Below are positions 30,033 to 50,166 of a DNA stretch of 64,000 nt, piece after piece. The translations under genes and the position numbers were made by a program. The stretch is from the NCBI GenBank assembly GCA_963841735.1, contig CAWJDT010000001.1:32001-96000 (forward strand), written 5' to 3'. Source of the DNA: an uncultured Actinomycetes bacterium (lineage in GTDB: Bacteria; Actinomycetota; Thermoleophilia; RBG-16-64-13). How positions within the stretch are numbered: position 1 is the first letter of the stretch; each line of letters begins with the position of its first letter. The notes beneath the pieces are model-generated. The model was given only the letters and a program-made list of their open reading frames with translations, searched no databases and was not told the DNA's origin.

Positions 30033-31046
30033 TCAGCCCGGTCCGTCGGCTTGTGGCGCCGCGCCGACCGCTCTTTGTCCAATGATTCCGTCGACCACCA
30101 GCGACCCTGGGAGCAACCGGGAATGCGAGAGAACGAGGGCCCGCGCGAGATGCGCGCCCGCGCCCACCAAGCACCCATCGCCGATGACGGTCGGGCCCAC
30201 TATCACCACATCCTCACCGACCTCGCAGTTGGCCCCGATGACCACCGGGGGCTCGATCCGCGCCGATGGCGCCAGCCGGGTACCGTCGTCCACCCACACT
30301 CCCGGACGGATCTCGGTGCCGGGGATCTCGACTTCCACCCGCCTGGCCATAGCGTCCGCGTTGCCTCGGATGAACTCCCTGAGATTGCCCACGTCGCTCC
30401 AGTAGCCATCGACCGCGTGAGCATGGAAGCGGACACCCTGCGCTCAGCAGGTCGGGAAAGAGCCTCTTGCCGAAGTCGTCGAACCGACCCGGGGGGATAT
30501 GCGACAGGATCTCGGGCTCAAGGACATATATGCCGCAGTTGCACAGGCGAGAGCGGGCTTCTTCGCGGGTGGGCTTCTCCTGGAAACCCACGACCCTGCC
30601 CGTGTCGTCGGCCACCACCACGCCGTAGAGGCTGGGATCGGCTCACCTCTTTGACCGCCATGGTGGCGATGGACCCCGTGCGCCGGTGCGCGAACGATCA
30701 GCCCGGTGAGGTCGATGTCGGTGAGGGAGTCGCCGCTCATCACCAGGAACGTGCCGCCGCCCAAGAAGTCGGCGTTGTTCTTCACTCCGCCGGCCGTGCC
30801 CAGCAGTTCTGGCTCGAAGGAGTAGCTGATATCCATGCCCATCCGGCTACCGTCGCCGAAGTAGTCGGTGATCGACATCGGGAAGATGGTGCAGGTTGAT
30901 CACCACTTCCCGCAGGCCGTGGCGCTGCAGGAGGCGCAGGATGTGGTAGAGCGCAGGCCTGTTGACTATGGGAGCCATCGGCTTCGGTATGACGTCGGTG
31001 ACGGGACGCAGCCTCGTCCCGATCCCGGCGGCCATGATCATGACCC

Positions 31047-31050
<4 letters not shown>
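30033..31050 (-). CDS. Sugar-phosphate nucleotidyltransferase (mannose-1-P guanylyltransferase-like), frameshifted
   Basis: [12 protein letters not shown]...PKPM, LGTAGG, FQEKP, C-terminal hexapeptide repeats. Confidence 0.9.
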
Positions 31051-33378
<2,328 letters not shown>

Positions 33379-33392
<14 letters not shown>

Positions 33393-34024
33393 AGACTATC
33401 TCCTCTTCTTCAGATCCTGTCATCACTACTGCGGCGGCCACCCTCAAGCCCATGTGGGCGGCGACGATGACCACCGGCACCAACTCCTCGCTCACGGCGA
33501 GATAACCCGGAGCCCGCGCCACTTCGGCCTCATAGGGGGTCAAGCGGCCTTCGTCCCGCACCCCGGCCACCACTCCCGTCTCTACTATGATACCCCCGGC
33601 CGCGCCCGCCCGGTCCAAAACCGTCTCCGGCAGGTAGATGCCTGTCATGCTGGGAAATCGCGGACCCACCTTCTCATCGTTCGGGCCGGTCAACGGCGAG
33701 CGCCAGGTCAGGTTGACGTGATCGGACACCGCCACCACCCGAAGCGGCCCGCCCACCTCCCCAAAAGAGGCTGTCCCCCCGACCACCGCGGGTCTGATAT
33801 CTGACAGCCACGCTCCTCGACAAACGTAACCGACCACCGGCTCCTCACCGGCGAGCGCTTCCCTCATAAGAGCCACTTCGGCGGCGCTGAGAGGTCGCTT
33901 CAGAGTCCGAACGCCGGCCTCGGTGCAGAGAGACTATCGCTCCGCCGGCACCGGCCAAGGCCCGGGCGACAGACTCGGCACCGGCGCACTCCTGGGAGGC
34001 GCGGGGAGAAACGACCACCCTCAT
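33379..34024 (-). CDS. Degenerate purine nucleoside phosphorylase-like protein
   Basis: SDHVNLT..SPL.GPN....GPRFPSM..IY is a PNP signature. 5' part diverged and frameshifted. Confidence 0.65.
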
Positions 34025-35830
34025 CCGACGGGGATGCGCACCATACAGCGGGCGATCGCCAGCATCTCTTCTTCGCTGAGCAAGTGAGAGAGGCTGTTTG
34101 AGACCCAATAGAGCACGTCGTCCGTTTTCCACCACACCCGCGCGACCTTCTCGCTGCTCCCCACCACGGTGAAGACGGTGCCGTCGTAGACGACCTGCCG
34201 CCCCGCGACGGCTGCGGGAGCCTCGAGCCAGGTGGTCTCGGTGATGCTCATGTATTGGTCGGTAGAGTCTCCGTCGTGGAAGAGACGGTACAACATGGTG
34301 AAGGCAGGCTGCGTGCCACCGCCAACCTGGATATCGTACGTGGCGCCCTCGTCCGGCCTCTTCTGAACGAAGAAGTAGCCTCGAGGGATATGGGAGGGCG
34401 CCATCACCGGATAGGGCACCATCTCGGCGATCGTCTTCCAACCACCGTAGCTGGAGACCTCCTCTGGGCTCAGACGAACAGCGTATTCGGGAGGTAGAGC
34501 AAAGTCGCCACCTAGGACGACGGTGATCCGCTCCAGCGACTTATTCCCGTCGACAGAACCCGCATACACCACCTGCGGCCACCCGCTCGGCATCTGCCGC
34601 CAGGCCCGAAGGGTACCGCACGGCGGTCTTGTCCGCCGGCTCCTCGGCAATGCCCGCTTCGACCACCGTCGCTCCGAGACTGGTGAGCCACTCCGCGGCC
34701 GCTGTAGCCTCCCCTCCCCGGCCGTTGGCCGAGAGCAGGTCGATCTGCAGCCCCTCAAGTTCCGGTTCGGCGATCGTGGTCGTGGTGGTCGCCTGCCCAG
34801 CAGCCGGTTCGCCCGTCGTGGCGGCCGCCCCGCCCCCGACCACTGGTGGGGTGAGCAATTCGCCCACGGCCTTCGCCAACGCCTCCTCGTCGAGAAGCAC
34901 GTAGGACGCCCCCGCGATGGTGGCCGTGTCACCGACCAAGGTCAGTTGCCGGATGCGGCTGCTGTCTAAACCAACAAGCCACCAGGCCAGCTTGATGAAG
35001 TCGTCGGCCACCAGATCGGTGGTGATATTCGAGAACAGAGCACGCACTAGGCCCGGCAACTTCAGGGTCAAATTCCATCCCACGGCCTGCTCCCGCAGCT
35101 CGCTCAGGAAGCGCTGCTGCCGCTCCATGCGCCCGAAGTCCATGTTGCGATCATGACGGAAGCGTACGTAGTCCAGGGCGTCTGCACCCCCCATGAGCTG
35201 ATAGCCCGGCAGCACATCTATCTGCTCCCAGAGGGGGTCCTGGTAGTAGTAGCGCCGGTCGACATCCACATAGACCCCGCCGAGCGCGTCGGTCATGTCT
35301 TTGAAGGCTTCGAAATCCACCTCCATGTAGTGATCGATGTCGACGCCGGTGACCTGCTCGACGGTTGTGATGCACAAAGCCGCCCCCTTGAACGAGTACG
35401 CGGCGTTGATCTTCTGCTTGCCATACCCCGGTACTTCCACCCGCAGATCTCGGGGCAGCGACAGCACCGACAGATAGTCGTTGTCGGGGTCGATATGCAC
35501 CACGATTATGGTGTCAGACCGGCCGTTCTCTCCCTCTTCCTCCGGCCGACGGTCCGTCCCAATCAAGAGGAGGTTCATGGCCGAAGGCGACTCGGGCGCC
35601 TCGGCATTCGAGGCCACCGAGGTGAGGGTGCTGCTGGGCTCGTTGGCTAGAACGGCCAGGACCTCTTCGGGCACCCGCTGGTTGGCCTCCGACACCTGGG
35701 CCTGAAACCAGAGGTAGAACCCCCCGGCCGTGGCCAACAAGGCTACCACTAGGCCAACGGAGACCCAAAGAACGATTCGCTTCCACCCTCCGCCGAACCG
35801 TCCTTCGACTTCGTAAGGGTATAGGAGTCC
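34021..35830 (-). CDS. LCP-family glycopolymer transferase with LytR_C and extra C-terminal domain (frameshift ~34570)
   Basis: LLIGTDRR..GRSDT, SLPRDL, KINAAY, DFGRMERQQRFL. Start approximate. Confidence 0.85.
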
Positions 35831-35834
35831 TTCT

Positions 35835-37384
35835 TCAGCGCGCAGCCCCGCTTGGTATCGCGACCATCGACTGAGCCACCTTGAGCAATTCGCTGGAGTG
35901 CAGAACGTACGAGAGGGTGTTGGACACCCAGTACAGCACTCCATCCTTCTTCCACCACACGTGGTCGATGCTTTGGCTCGTGCCCACCACGGTGTAGACG
36001 ATACCGTTGACCTCCACCTCACGGCCCGGGCTCGCCGCGGGCGCCTCCAGCCAAGTGGTCTGCATGATGCCCATGTACTGGTCTTTGGACTCTCCGTCTC
36101 GGGTCAGCTGATAGACCATCTTCAGCGCCTTCTCGACCTCGTTACCTACCACAAGGTCGTACGAAACCAGGCCCTGCCGGTAGTACAGGTCGACCAAGTC
36201 GTATCCCTTGGGTATATAGGCGGGACCCAACACTTGGAACGGTTCTATTGTAGCCAGCCCGTGCCAGATCTCGCTGTCGGGGATCTCATCGGGATCGGTG
36301 GTCCACCCCGTCCCCTCTCCCCGCTGGAAGGCGTGGTGCCGTCGCCGGCCCCTTCGTCGGTTGTCCCGGTAGAAGGTTCAGTGGCCACTGTGGTAGTCGC
36401 GGCCGCGGCAGTGGGCGGCGTCATGAAGTCGTCAACCGCCTCCTCCAAGGCTCCCTCGGCCGGGATCACGTAGTAGGTGTCACCTATGAGCTGGTTGGTG
36501 CAGTTGTTGAGAGCCACCTGGCGGATACGGCTGCCATCCAGCTTGGTCACCGCCCAGTAGACCAACGAGATAATGTCGTTGGTGTCCAGGCCACTGATCC
36601 CCACATTGTCGAACAAGGCGGCGACCAGACCGGGCAACTTGAAGGTGAGGTTCCAGCCCATGGCCTGCTCCCGAAGGGCGGTGAGGAACCGCTGCTGCCG
36701 CTCCATGCGCCCGAAGTCCAGGTTGCCGTCGATCCTGTAGCGTACGTAGTCAAGCGCGTCGCGCCCACTGAGCAACTGATACCCAGGCCGGAGATCGATG
36801 AATTCGTACTCGGGGTCGGTGTTGAAATAGTGTTTGTCGATGTCGACGTAGACTCCGCCGATCTCGTCGGTCAGATCGCGGAACGCCTGAAAGTCAACCT
36901 CCACGTAGTCGGTGATGTTGACATGGGTGAGATCCTTCACGGTCTCCACGGCCAAAGCGGCGCCCCCGTAAGTGTAGGCCGAGTTGAGCTTGTCAAGGCC
37001 GTGGCCCGGCACCTCCACGCGTAGGTCGCGCGGCAGGGAGAGGATGGACAGATAGTTCTGATCTGGGTCGACATGCACCAGCATCAAGCTGTCCGACCGG
37101 ATGTATTCCCCTTGGTTGGTGGGCCGCCGGTCGATACCCATGAGCAGGATATCCCTACCGGTCGGAGTTGCGATGGCGTTTTCGGGGATCGATGACAGCG
37201 CCGAATCCAGAGACGGGTCATCGAGCTGCGCACCACCGACCTTGCACGACAGCCACAGGTACGACCCACCCGCCACCACCGCGGCCACCAATAGCACACC
37301 GCTCAGCGCCAGCAGGAGCCCGCGCAAAACGCGGCGCTTCCGCAATCGCTGGCTTGTATAGGTGGTGTATGGTCTACCGCTCAC
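35835..37384 (-). CDS. LCP-family glycopolymer transferase with extra C-terminal domain (frameshift ~36290)
   Basis: LLMGIDRR..RSDS, SLPRDL, DFGRMERQQRFL. C-terminal domain paralogous to 34021-34500. Confidence 0.85.
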
Positions 37385-37453
37385 TTGTCCGTTCCCCTCG
37401 ACGGTGGAGAGATAGATTCTAGCCTGGGAAGGGGTCAGTAGCCAACGGATGGA

Positions 37454-38758
37454 CTAGTCGCAACAACCGGACCCCATGCTCACTCTCTCGATATCGGCGC
37501 CCAAACCCCGCAGCTTCTCCTCGAAGCGCTCGTATCCACGGTCGATATGGTAGATGTCCCGCAACTCGGTGCAACCTTCCGCAACCAGGCCGGCCAAGGC
37601 CAAAGCCGCGCCGGCCCTCAGGTCGGGACAGCGGACGATGGCCCCTGTCAACGACCGCCCTCCGGAGACAACTGCGTGATTCCCGTCCACTCGGATGTCT
37701 GCTCCCAACCTGATCAACTCGTCTACAAAGACGAAGCGGCTCTCGAAAACGTTCTCGGTGACCACCGAGACCCCTTCGGCGACCGAGAGCAGCACCATCA
37801 TCTGAGCCTGCAGGTCGGTGGCGAAGCCCGGATAGGGCAGAGTAACGACATCCACCGCCGTGAACGAACCCGGAACGCCACCTGCCTTGATACTACGAGT
37901 GTTCTCATGCACCTGAACGCCGACCGCCCGGATCTTCGAAAGAAAGATGTCCAGCACATGCGGACTGATGCCGGTGACCTCCACCTCGCCGCCGGTGAGA
38001 GCTCCCGCTATGAGGAAGGTGCCCGCTTCGATGCGATCGCCCAGCACCGTATGCTCGGCCGGGTGCATCGCGGTGACCCCGTGCACCTTCATGGTAGAGC
38101 TGCCTGCCCCCTCGATCTCGGCCCCCATGCTGATCAGGAACTTGCAGAGATCGACGATCTCCGGCTCGCGGGCCACGTTCTCAAGAGTGGTGGTGCCTTC
38201 GGCCATCACGGCAGCCATGAGCAGATTCTCTGTAGCGCCCACGCTCGGATAGTCCAGGAACATGTTGATGGCGTGCAGCTTGGAGGCGGTTACTTCGACG
38301 AAGCCGTGGTCGGAGCGCACCACCGCACCCATGTCGGTCATGCCCCGCAGATGGATGTCGATCTTGCGCGGCCCCAGGTTGCAGCCGCCGGGCATCGCCA
38401 CCTTGGCTACCCCAAAACGCGCCACCAAGGGGCCCATGATCTGGATGGACGCCCGCATACGCTGCACGAGTTCATATGGAGCCACGTGAGACTGCACCGC
38501 CGTGCTATCCACCGTCATGGTGCCACCGGCGAACTCCACCGCCGCCCCCAGGTACTCCAGCAACTCCTTCATGGTGCGGACGTCTTGGATATCGGGGACG
38601 TTGTGCAGCACGCACTTGCCAGGCGCCAAAAGCGACGCCGCCATGAGCTTGAGGGCCGAGTTCTTGGCGCCCGAGACGGCTACCTTTCCGGACAAGCGGC
38701 GCCCACCGCGTACCAACAGGCGTCCCTCGTCAGCCCCCACGACCGCCTCCGGCGTCAC
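37454..38758 (-). CDS. murA: UDP-GlcNAc enolpyruvyl transferase
   Basis: [38 protein letters not shown]. Confidence 0.97.
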   Translation of the reverse strand: MTPEAVVGADEGRLLVRGGRRLSGKVAVSGAKNSALKLMAASLLAPGKCVLHNVPDIQDVRTMKELLEYLGAAVEFAGGTMTVDSTAVQSHVAPYELVQRMRASIQIMGPLVARFGVAKVAMPGGCNLGPRKIDIHLRGMTDMGAVVRSDHGFVEVTASKLHAINMFLDYPSVGATENLLMAAVMAEGTTTLENVAREPEIVDLCKFLISMGAEIEGAGSSTMKVHGVTAMHPAEHTVLGDRIEAGTFLIAGALTGGEVEVTGISPHVLDIFLSKIRAVGVQVHENTRSIKAGGVPGSFTAVDVVTLPYPGFATDLQAQMMVLLSVAEGVSVVTENVFESRFVFVDELIRLGADIRVDGNHAVVSGGRSLTGAIVRCPDLRAGAALALAGLVAEGCTELRDIYHIDRGYERFEEKLRGLGADIERVSMGSGCCD

Positions 38759-39201
38759 TTATCGGGCCTCTCCGCCACTTTCAAACGGTTGTGGGCCCGC
38801 CGCAACGCGAGTTGCTCCCTGTAGGGATCGACATCCTCCCCTTCGGGGACGGTGCCGAGCCGGTGCATCTCAAGGCGCTGAGTGGCCCGCTCCACAGATT
38901 TCTGCACCCGGTCGACGTCGATCTGCGCTGCCTCTTCGGCCGCGTCGGCCAGAACGATCACCTCGTCGAACTGGATCTTTGCAAAACCTTCTGCCACAGC
39001 GAAATTCAGCCACTCCCCGCCGGCTTTGAGCACCCGCAACCGACCGATGCTCAACTGGGCGACCAGAGGAGCGTGACGGGGCAATATGCCCAACTCGCCC
39101 GATGTCGCTGGGAGCACGACCATCTCCACCTCGCCTTCGAACACCGGCCCTGAGGGTGCGACCAGCTCTAAGTGAAGAACGCGGCTCTCCTCTTGACTCA
39201 C
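38755..39201 (-). CDS. atpC: ATP synthase epsilon subunit
   Basis: [11 protein letters not shown]; operon position. Confidence 0.95.
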   Translation of the reverse strand: MSQEESRVLHLELVAPSGPVFEGEVEMVVLPATSGELGILPRHAPLVAQLSIGRLRVLKAGGEWLNFAVAEGFAKIQFDEVIVLADAAEEAAQIDVDRVQKSVERATQRLEMHRLGTVPEGEDVDPYREQLALRRAHNRLKVAERPDK

Positions 39202-39217
39202 GACCTACCTCACTCGC

Positions 39218-40880
<1,663 letters not shown>

Positions 40881-40884
40881 AGCT

Positions 40885-41776
<892 letters not shown>

Positions 41777-41782
41777 ACCGGG

Positions 41783-43289
<1,507 letters not shown>

Positions 43290-43306
<17 letters not shown>

Positions 43307-43863
43307 CTGAACCCTCCAAGCTAGCCATAGGGGTGATCAACAACTCGCGGAGCTTCTCCAGCCGGTGACGCACACTGGCATCGGCGACCCGGTCGCCCAT
43401 GCGCAGCCGCAGTCCACCGAGGATCTCCGGGTCTACGGTCAAAGTCAGTTCGACGGTCTTCTGCAGCGACGACTCGATCTTGGTCCGCAACGCCTCCTGC
43501 AGAGACGGGGTGAGGGCCACGGCGCTGACGACTTCCACGTGCACGAGACCCTTGGGCCTGCTCGACAAGCTCCACAAAGGCCCGATAGATGGCCGGCAGT
43601 TCGGTCTCCCGGTTCTTGTCCACCACGAGGCGCAGGAGATTCCTCATGAACTCGTCGCCGCCCTCGGTCAGCTCCAGCAAGACCTCGGTCTTGCGGGCAT
43701 CGGAGACCTCTTCGGCCACCAGAAGCTGACGGAGCTCAGTCGAGGTCTCCACCGCCTGGACGAACTCGCCCAGGTCGCGGCGCACCTGCTCCACCCGGCC
43801 CGCTTCCGCGGCGGCTTGGTAGAGCGCTGTCGCGTAGACTCTTGCGATCTTGCCTTCGCTCAC
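43290..43863 (-). CDS. atpH: ATP synthase delta subunit (frameshift ~43555)
   Basis: ARVYATAL; VDPEILGG...D.S. Confidence 0.9.
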
Positions 43864-43896
43864 TGTGCTATCCCCGGCCTCTGGTCCCTCGTCCGC

Positions 43897-44404
43897 CTAG
43901 TTCTCGCTGACCTTGCTCAGGTCGATCTCGTTGATGGCCTCCTGGATGAGGCGCAGTTGATCCTTCTCCGACAGGCTCGTGCGGGCCACCTTCTCGGTGG
44001 CGGCCACGGTGAGGTCGGCCACCTCTTCGCGGATCTTCTGCAGGGCCTGGTTGGTGTCGCGCTCGATCTGCTGCCGGGCCTTGGCCAGAGCGGCCTCCGC
44101 CTGCACCCGAGCTTCCTCCAGCACCTCAGCCTTGGTGGACTCGCCCGCCTTGCGCGCCCGGTCGAGGATGGCTGCGCCTTCCTCCCGGGCTTCGGCCAAC
44201 TGCTGCTTGTAGTTGGCCAGCAACTCCTGGGCTTCGTCGCGCAGCTGCTCGGCGTCGTGGATGGACTGGCTGATGTCGTCCTGCCGGGCCTTCTGCAGCT
44301 TCACCAGCGGGCCGAACGCGAACTTGTACAGCAGCGCCTACCAGGATCACGAAGGTGATCGCCGACCAGATGAACAGCCCGGGATTGATCTCGAATATCT
44401 TCAT
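43897..44404 (-). CDS. atpF: ATP synthase b subunit (frameshift ~44340)
   Basis: N-terminal TM FIWSAITFVIL followed by a charged coiled coil. Confidence 0.9.
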
Positions 44405-44468
44405 GCTATTCCTATTGATCCTCTACTCGCGTGTGCGACGCGGCCTGCTGGACTACTCCGTGCGGCCC

Positions 44469-45526
<1,058 letters not shown>

Positions 45527-45560
45527 CAGTCTCTCCTACTTCGCGACGCCCGCGCCCGCC

Positions 45561-45947
45561 TCAGGCGGCGCGGTACGGCGCTTGGCAAAGACGTACAGGG
45601 AGTAACCCGTGAGCAGGGTGAACGCACCGATAAAGGCGATACACAACGCGAGGAAGTCGAGCGGCGCCCATAGGCCCAGCACCACCAAGATGACTGCGAT
45701 CAGGACCAGCCGAACAAGAAACCGCGAGAATCACAATGGAAGGTGTCAGGGTAGCCCGCCGCTTCGAGGCCCAACCCTGGAACCATGTAGACAGAAGGTG
45801 ATAGCCAACTGCCAGAACCAGTCCCACGACCACGGATATCAACGTCAGAGCCAGAACATCCTCCCGATCAGTTGCGGCCTCGTCAAGACGAGCCCCTGCC
45901 AGTTCCCGCGCCTCCGTCTTCTGCGCCTCCGTCTTCGTGCTTATCAC
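45561..45947 (-). CDS. ATP synthase protein I-like membrane protein (frameshifted)
   Basis: Hydrophobic ORF directly upstream of atpB. Confidence 0.55.
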   Translation of the reverse strand: MISTKTEAQKTEARELAGARLDEAATDREDVLALTLISVVVGLVLAVGYHLLSTWFQGWASKRRATLTPSIVILAVSCSAGPDRSHLGGAGPMGAARLPRVVYRLYRCVHPAHGLLPVRLCQAPYRAA

Positions 45948-46166
45948 GGCTCCCACGGCTCGACGAGCCAGCGAACAGTATAGAACACCAAGTAGGCAAA
46001 GCCCAGGCCTGCGCCCACGAACACTCCGGCCACCATGACCCAGGGACCTGTGTGCAGCCACCGGTCCACCAGATATCCGAGGCCGGTAAAGACCAGCACC
46101 AAAGGCGACAAATGTGAAGGCCAGACTCCCTGCCTCAGGTGGCTCCTGCCGGGAGGACTTGCTCAT
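45944..46166 (-). CDS. AtpZ/AtpQ-like small membrane protein (frameshifted)
   Basis: GLGYLVDRWL.T.PW...G.F.G pattern at the start of the atp operon. Confidence 0.6.
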
Positions 46167-46259
46167 AGTCGCGCCCGCCGCATTATAGACATTGCTCCCT
46201 CGAACCGCAAGCGAAAATGGTATCTATTATTCAGCCAGTGTTCGCAAGCTTTTCTTTTT

Positions 46260-46735
46260 CTAGCCCATCCGCACCAGACGGGTCCCCGCTTCTTCGAACA
46301 TCTCCATGGACAGACTCATCAGGGTAGATCGCCCCGGAAATGCACCGCGACGATCCCGGCGTTGATCAGCGTCTTGGCGCAGGTCACGCACGGCTGGAGG
46401 GTGCAGTACACCTCGGCGCCGTTGACGGCCACCCCGTGATACGCCGCCTGGATGATGGCGTTCTGCTCGGCGTGCAGCCCCCGGCACAGCTCTTGCCGCT
46501 CGCCAGAGGGTATGCCCAGCCGGTCGCGCAGACAGCCGACTTCCTCGCAGTGGCGCATGCCTCTGGGCACGCCGTTGTAGCCGGTGGCGAGGATCTGCTT
46601 GTTCTTCACGAGCACGGCGCCCACAGATCTGCGCAGGCAGCTCGACCGGGTGGAGACCACCTCCGCGATCTCCATGAAGTACTCTTCCCAGCTGGGACGA
46701 GGCAGCCGTTCGGATGTCTCTCCCGCGCAGGCCAT
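46260..46735 (-). CDS. dCMP deaminase (ComEB family)
   Basis: [24 protein letters not shown]. Confidence 0.9.
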
Positions 46736-48018
46736 CAGTCGCCCAAACAGGAGTAGAGCGGGAAGGCCGCGGTGAGGGCCCGGCTGCGCTGCAGCAGACC
46801 GGCGAAGTCGGCGTCCGAGTGGGCGGAAGTCAGCGCCTCGACGATGATCCGGCCCACCTCCCGCATCTCTTCGGGCCCGAAGCCCCGGGTGGTCATGGCC
46901 GGTGTGCCCAGCCGCAGCCCCGAGGCGACCGTGGGGGGCCGCTCGTCGAACGGCACGCTGTTCTTGTTCGCGGTGATGCCCACCCGGTCGAGCAGTTCCT
47001 GGGCCAGCTTGCCCGTCATCTCGGTGCCGCTGAAGTCCACCAGCAGCAGATGGTTGTCGGTGCCGCCCGACACCAGCTTCAGACCCCCCTCCGACAAGGG
47101 TCTCCGCCAAGATCTTGGCGTTCTGGACGGTCGCGATCTGCTTCTGCTTGAACTCCTCGGTAGGCCGCCAGCAGGAAGCACACTGCCTTGCCCGCTATGA
47201 CGTGCTCGAGCGGCCCTCCCTGCAGGCCCGGGAACACGGCCTTGTCCAAGCTCCGCGCCGACTCGGCCCGGCAGAAGCAGGCGCCGCCCCGGGGCCCGGC
47301 CAGCGTCTTGTGGGTGGTGGTCGTGACCCACTGACTGTGCGGAAAGGGCGAAGGGTGGACACCGGCGGCCACCAGCCCGGCGATGTGGGCCATGTCGACC
47401 ATCAACTCCGCCCCCACCTCGTCGGCGATCGCCCGGAAAGCGGCGAAGTCGATGATGCGCGGATAGGCGCTGGCCCCGGCCACGATCAGCTTGGGCCTGT
47501 GCTTCAGAGCCTGAGCCCTCACCTCGTCCATATCGATGCGCCCGGTCTCCCGAGCCACGCCGTAGTGGACGAAGGCTGTAGCCCCGGCCCGAGAAATTGA
47601 CCGCGAGGCCGTGAGTGAGGTGACCGCCGTGGGCCAGGCTCATGGACAGCACGAGATCTCCAGGCTCGAGCAGGGCCCAGTAGACCGCTTGGTTAGCCGC
47701 GGACCCCGAGTGGGGCTGCACGTTGGCATGTTCGGCGCCGTAAAGAGCCTTGGCCCGCTCGATGGCCAGAGTCTCGACGTCGTCCACCACTTCGCAGCCG
47801 CCGTAGTAGCGACAGGCCGGATAGCCTTCGGCGTACTTGTTGGTGAGCACGCTCCCCACCGCCTCGAGCACCGGGACCGATGTGAAGTTCTCGGAGGCGA
47901 TCAACTCGATGTTGCGCCTCTGCCGGCCAAGCTCCTGCGTCAGCAGGCCGGCGATCTCGGGATCGACCTGCTCAAGAGGCAGGTCGGCATAGCTGGCCTG
48001 GTGGGAACACGTGCTCAC
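46735..48018 (-). CDS. glyA: Serine hydroxymethyltransferase (frameshifted)
   Basis: [44 protein letters not shown]. Confidence 0.97.
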   Translation of the reverse strand: MSTCSHQASYADLPLEQVDPEIAGLLTQELGRQRRNIELIASENFTSVPVLEAVGSVLTNKYAEGYPACRYYGGCEVVDDVETLAIERAKALYGAEHANVQPHSGSAANQAVYWALLEPGDLVLSMSLAHGGHLTHGLAVNFSGRGYSLRPLRRGSGDRAHRYGRGEGSGSEAQAQADRGRGQRLSAHHRLRRFPGDRRRGGGGVDGRHGPHRRAGGRRCPPFALSAQSVGHDHHPQDAGRAPGRRLLLPGRVGAELGQGRVPGPAGRAARARHSGQGSVLPAGGLPRSSSRSRSRPSRTPRSWRRPLSEGGLKLVSGGTDNHLLLVDFSGTEMTGKLAQELLDRVGITANKNSVPFDERPPTVASGLRLGTPAMTTRGFGPEEMREVGRIIVEALTSAHSDADFAGLLQRSRALTAAFPLYSCLGD

Positions 48019-48068
48019 TCTGGATTGCCTCCTACCAACGTCGGAGCGATACGGCACCGCCGCTCGGC

Positions 48069-48522
48069 TCACTTGCGGAAAACACCCTTGTATCCCCCCC
48101 GCATCAATTCGAGCCGCTCGGCATACCGCCCGCCCTCGAACTCGGTCGCCAGCCAGGTCCTCAGCACCTCCGTCGCGGCTCCCGCGCCCAGCACCCGGGC
48201 CCCGAGGCAAAGGATATTGGCATCGTTGTGCGCCCGAGCCATGCGGGCCGAAAAGCAGTCGCTGAGCGAGACCGCCCTGACGCCTGGGTACCTGCCCGCC
48301 GCCAAAGCCATGCCCAATCCCGGTGCCGCACACCAGGACTCCCATGTCCAAGGTCCCCTCGCTCACGCCCTCCGCCACCTTGTTCGCGTAGAGGGGAAAG
48401 TCGGTGCGCTCGGTGCTGTCGGTGCCCATGTCGACGACCTCGTGACCGGCGGCCACCAGCTCTTTGACAAGCACCTCTTTCAGATCGAACCCGGCGTGAT
48501 CACAGCCAAACCCGTAGCGCAT
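48069..48522 (-). CDS. rpiB: Ribose-5-phosphate isomerase B (frameshifted)
   Basis: GCDHAG, VCGTGIG, HNDANILCLGAR, FEGGR. Confidence 0.93.
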
Positions 48523-48614
48523 GATGACTCCTCCTCGAGAACCCGCCACAAGAATATCAGATGAGGTGTCGGCGCCCGCCGGCAGCCCGCCGGCGAGCCC
48601 TAAGCCACGAGCGC

Positions 48615-49260
48615 TCAGAGTGCGGCGATCCGTTCAAGCACTTCTCGGCCCTGCCACCGCCCCTTCTCTCAGGATCAAGGGCGCGCCTCCCGAGGCCAGA
48701 GGACGCAGATCGACCACCGTCGACGCCGCCCCCGCGACCTGCCCTCCAGGTGGCACCGGCAAAGGCCACCGAACAGTGCGCGAGCACGGCCGGGTCGACC
48801 TCCGCGAGGCCGGCTGCGTCCTTCTCGCCCGAGCGATTGGCGCTGGTGGCAGCGAGCGGCAGTCGCCAACGAGGCCATCAGACCGAGAAGCTCCGGCTGG
48901 TCCGGCACCCGTACCCCCAAGGAGTCGGCCGTTCCCACGAGAGCGGGGCGAGGCACCATGGTGGCCACCACGAACGTGAACGGCCCGGGCAGAAGCGCTT
49001 CCAACACTCTGGCCGCAGTGGGCTCCAGATCGGGCAGAGCCGCCTTGACTGCCTCCACCGAGGCGAACAGCACAGCCACGGGCTGCTCGGGAGGCCGGCC
49101 TTTGGCCGCGAACAGTGCCGCCACCCCCACCCGTGAGTCCCACCTGGCCGCCAAGCCGTACACCGTGTCGGTAGGCACACCGATGACCGCGCCCGCATCA
49201 AGCGCCCCGGCCAGCGCGGCCCTGTCCGCCGCGTCCAAGTCTTCCGCGGCGCGGACGGCC
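48615..49260 (-). CDS. tsaC: Sua5/YrdC threonylcarbamoyl-AMP synthase domain (possibly fused to PrmC)
   Basis: PTDTVYGL, AKGRP, PGPFT, GVRVP, ASTVVDL, LREGA. Confidence 0.85.
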
Positions 49261-49269
49261 GCCCCGGGA

Positions 49270-50153
49270 AGGGTCGCCCGCCACGATGCGGTCCTTCTGG
49301 GACATGTCCTTGTGCACCGCGACCGTGGAGAAACCGGCCTCCACGGCCAGTCCCGCGACCGCCTGCCGCCTGTCCGTCGCCCACTTCCAGAAGCAGACTG
49401 CCCCCGGGCCGGAGCGCCCGGGCGGCTTCCGGCAGGAGGCGCCGTATCACGTCCAGTCCATCAGGCCCGGCCTCCAGGGCCAACGTTCGGCTCGAACAGC
49501 CGGATGTCGGGCGCCAGTGAAGCCATGTCTCCCGAGGTGACGTACGGCGGGTTGCTTACCACCAGGTGCAGGCTGGCATCGGCCACCCCCGCGAGAAGAT
49601 CGCCCTGCTTCAGCTCGACCAGCGCTTCCACACCCACCGCTGCCGCGTTCCGGGCCGCGACGGCCAGCGCTTCAGGATCGACGTCGATGGCCAGCACCGA
49701 GTAGCCGCCCTCCTGGGCCAGACTCAAGGCGATGGCGCCGCTCCCGGTGCCCACATCGGCGATGAGACACGACCGGAGAGCCCTTCTCCCTCCAGGGCGG
49801 CCGCCTGCGCAGGAGGTCCAGCGCCGCTTCCACCAGTTCCTCGGTCTCCGGCCGGGGGATCAAGACCGCCGGCCGCACCTCCAGCTCGCAGGCGGCGAAA
49901 ATGGGCGCGGCCAAGGATGTAGGCCACAGGCTCGTGCGCGGCGCGGCGGGCGATGAGGGCCCGGTAGCTGTCCACCTCGCCGGCGGCCAGCGGACGGTCG
50001 AACTCGGTGTAGAGATGGATCGCGATCCAGCCCCAGGGTCTCGGCCAGCAGCAGCTCGGCGTCCAGCCGGGGCGAGGACGACCCCTTGCCGCGCAGATAG
50101 CCGGCGGCCGTCTCCAGCAGGGTGGCGATGGTCCACTGGTCCACCATGGTCAC
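49270..50153 (-). CDS. prmC: Release factor glutamine methyltransferase (frameshifted)
   Basis: PRLDAELLL, EPVAYILG, VLIPRPETE, GTGSGAIA, SNPPY. Confidence 0.93.
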
Positions 50154-50166
50154 GCTGCGCGACCGG

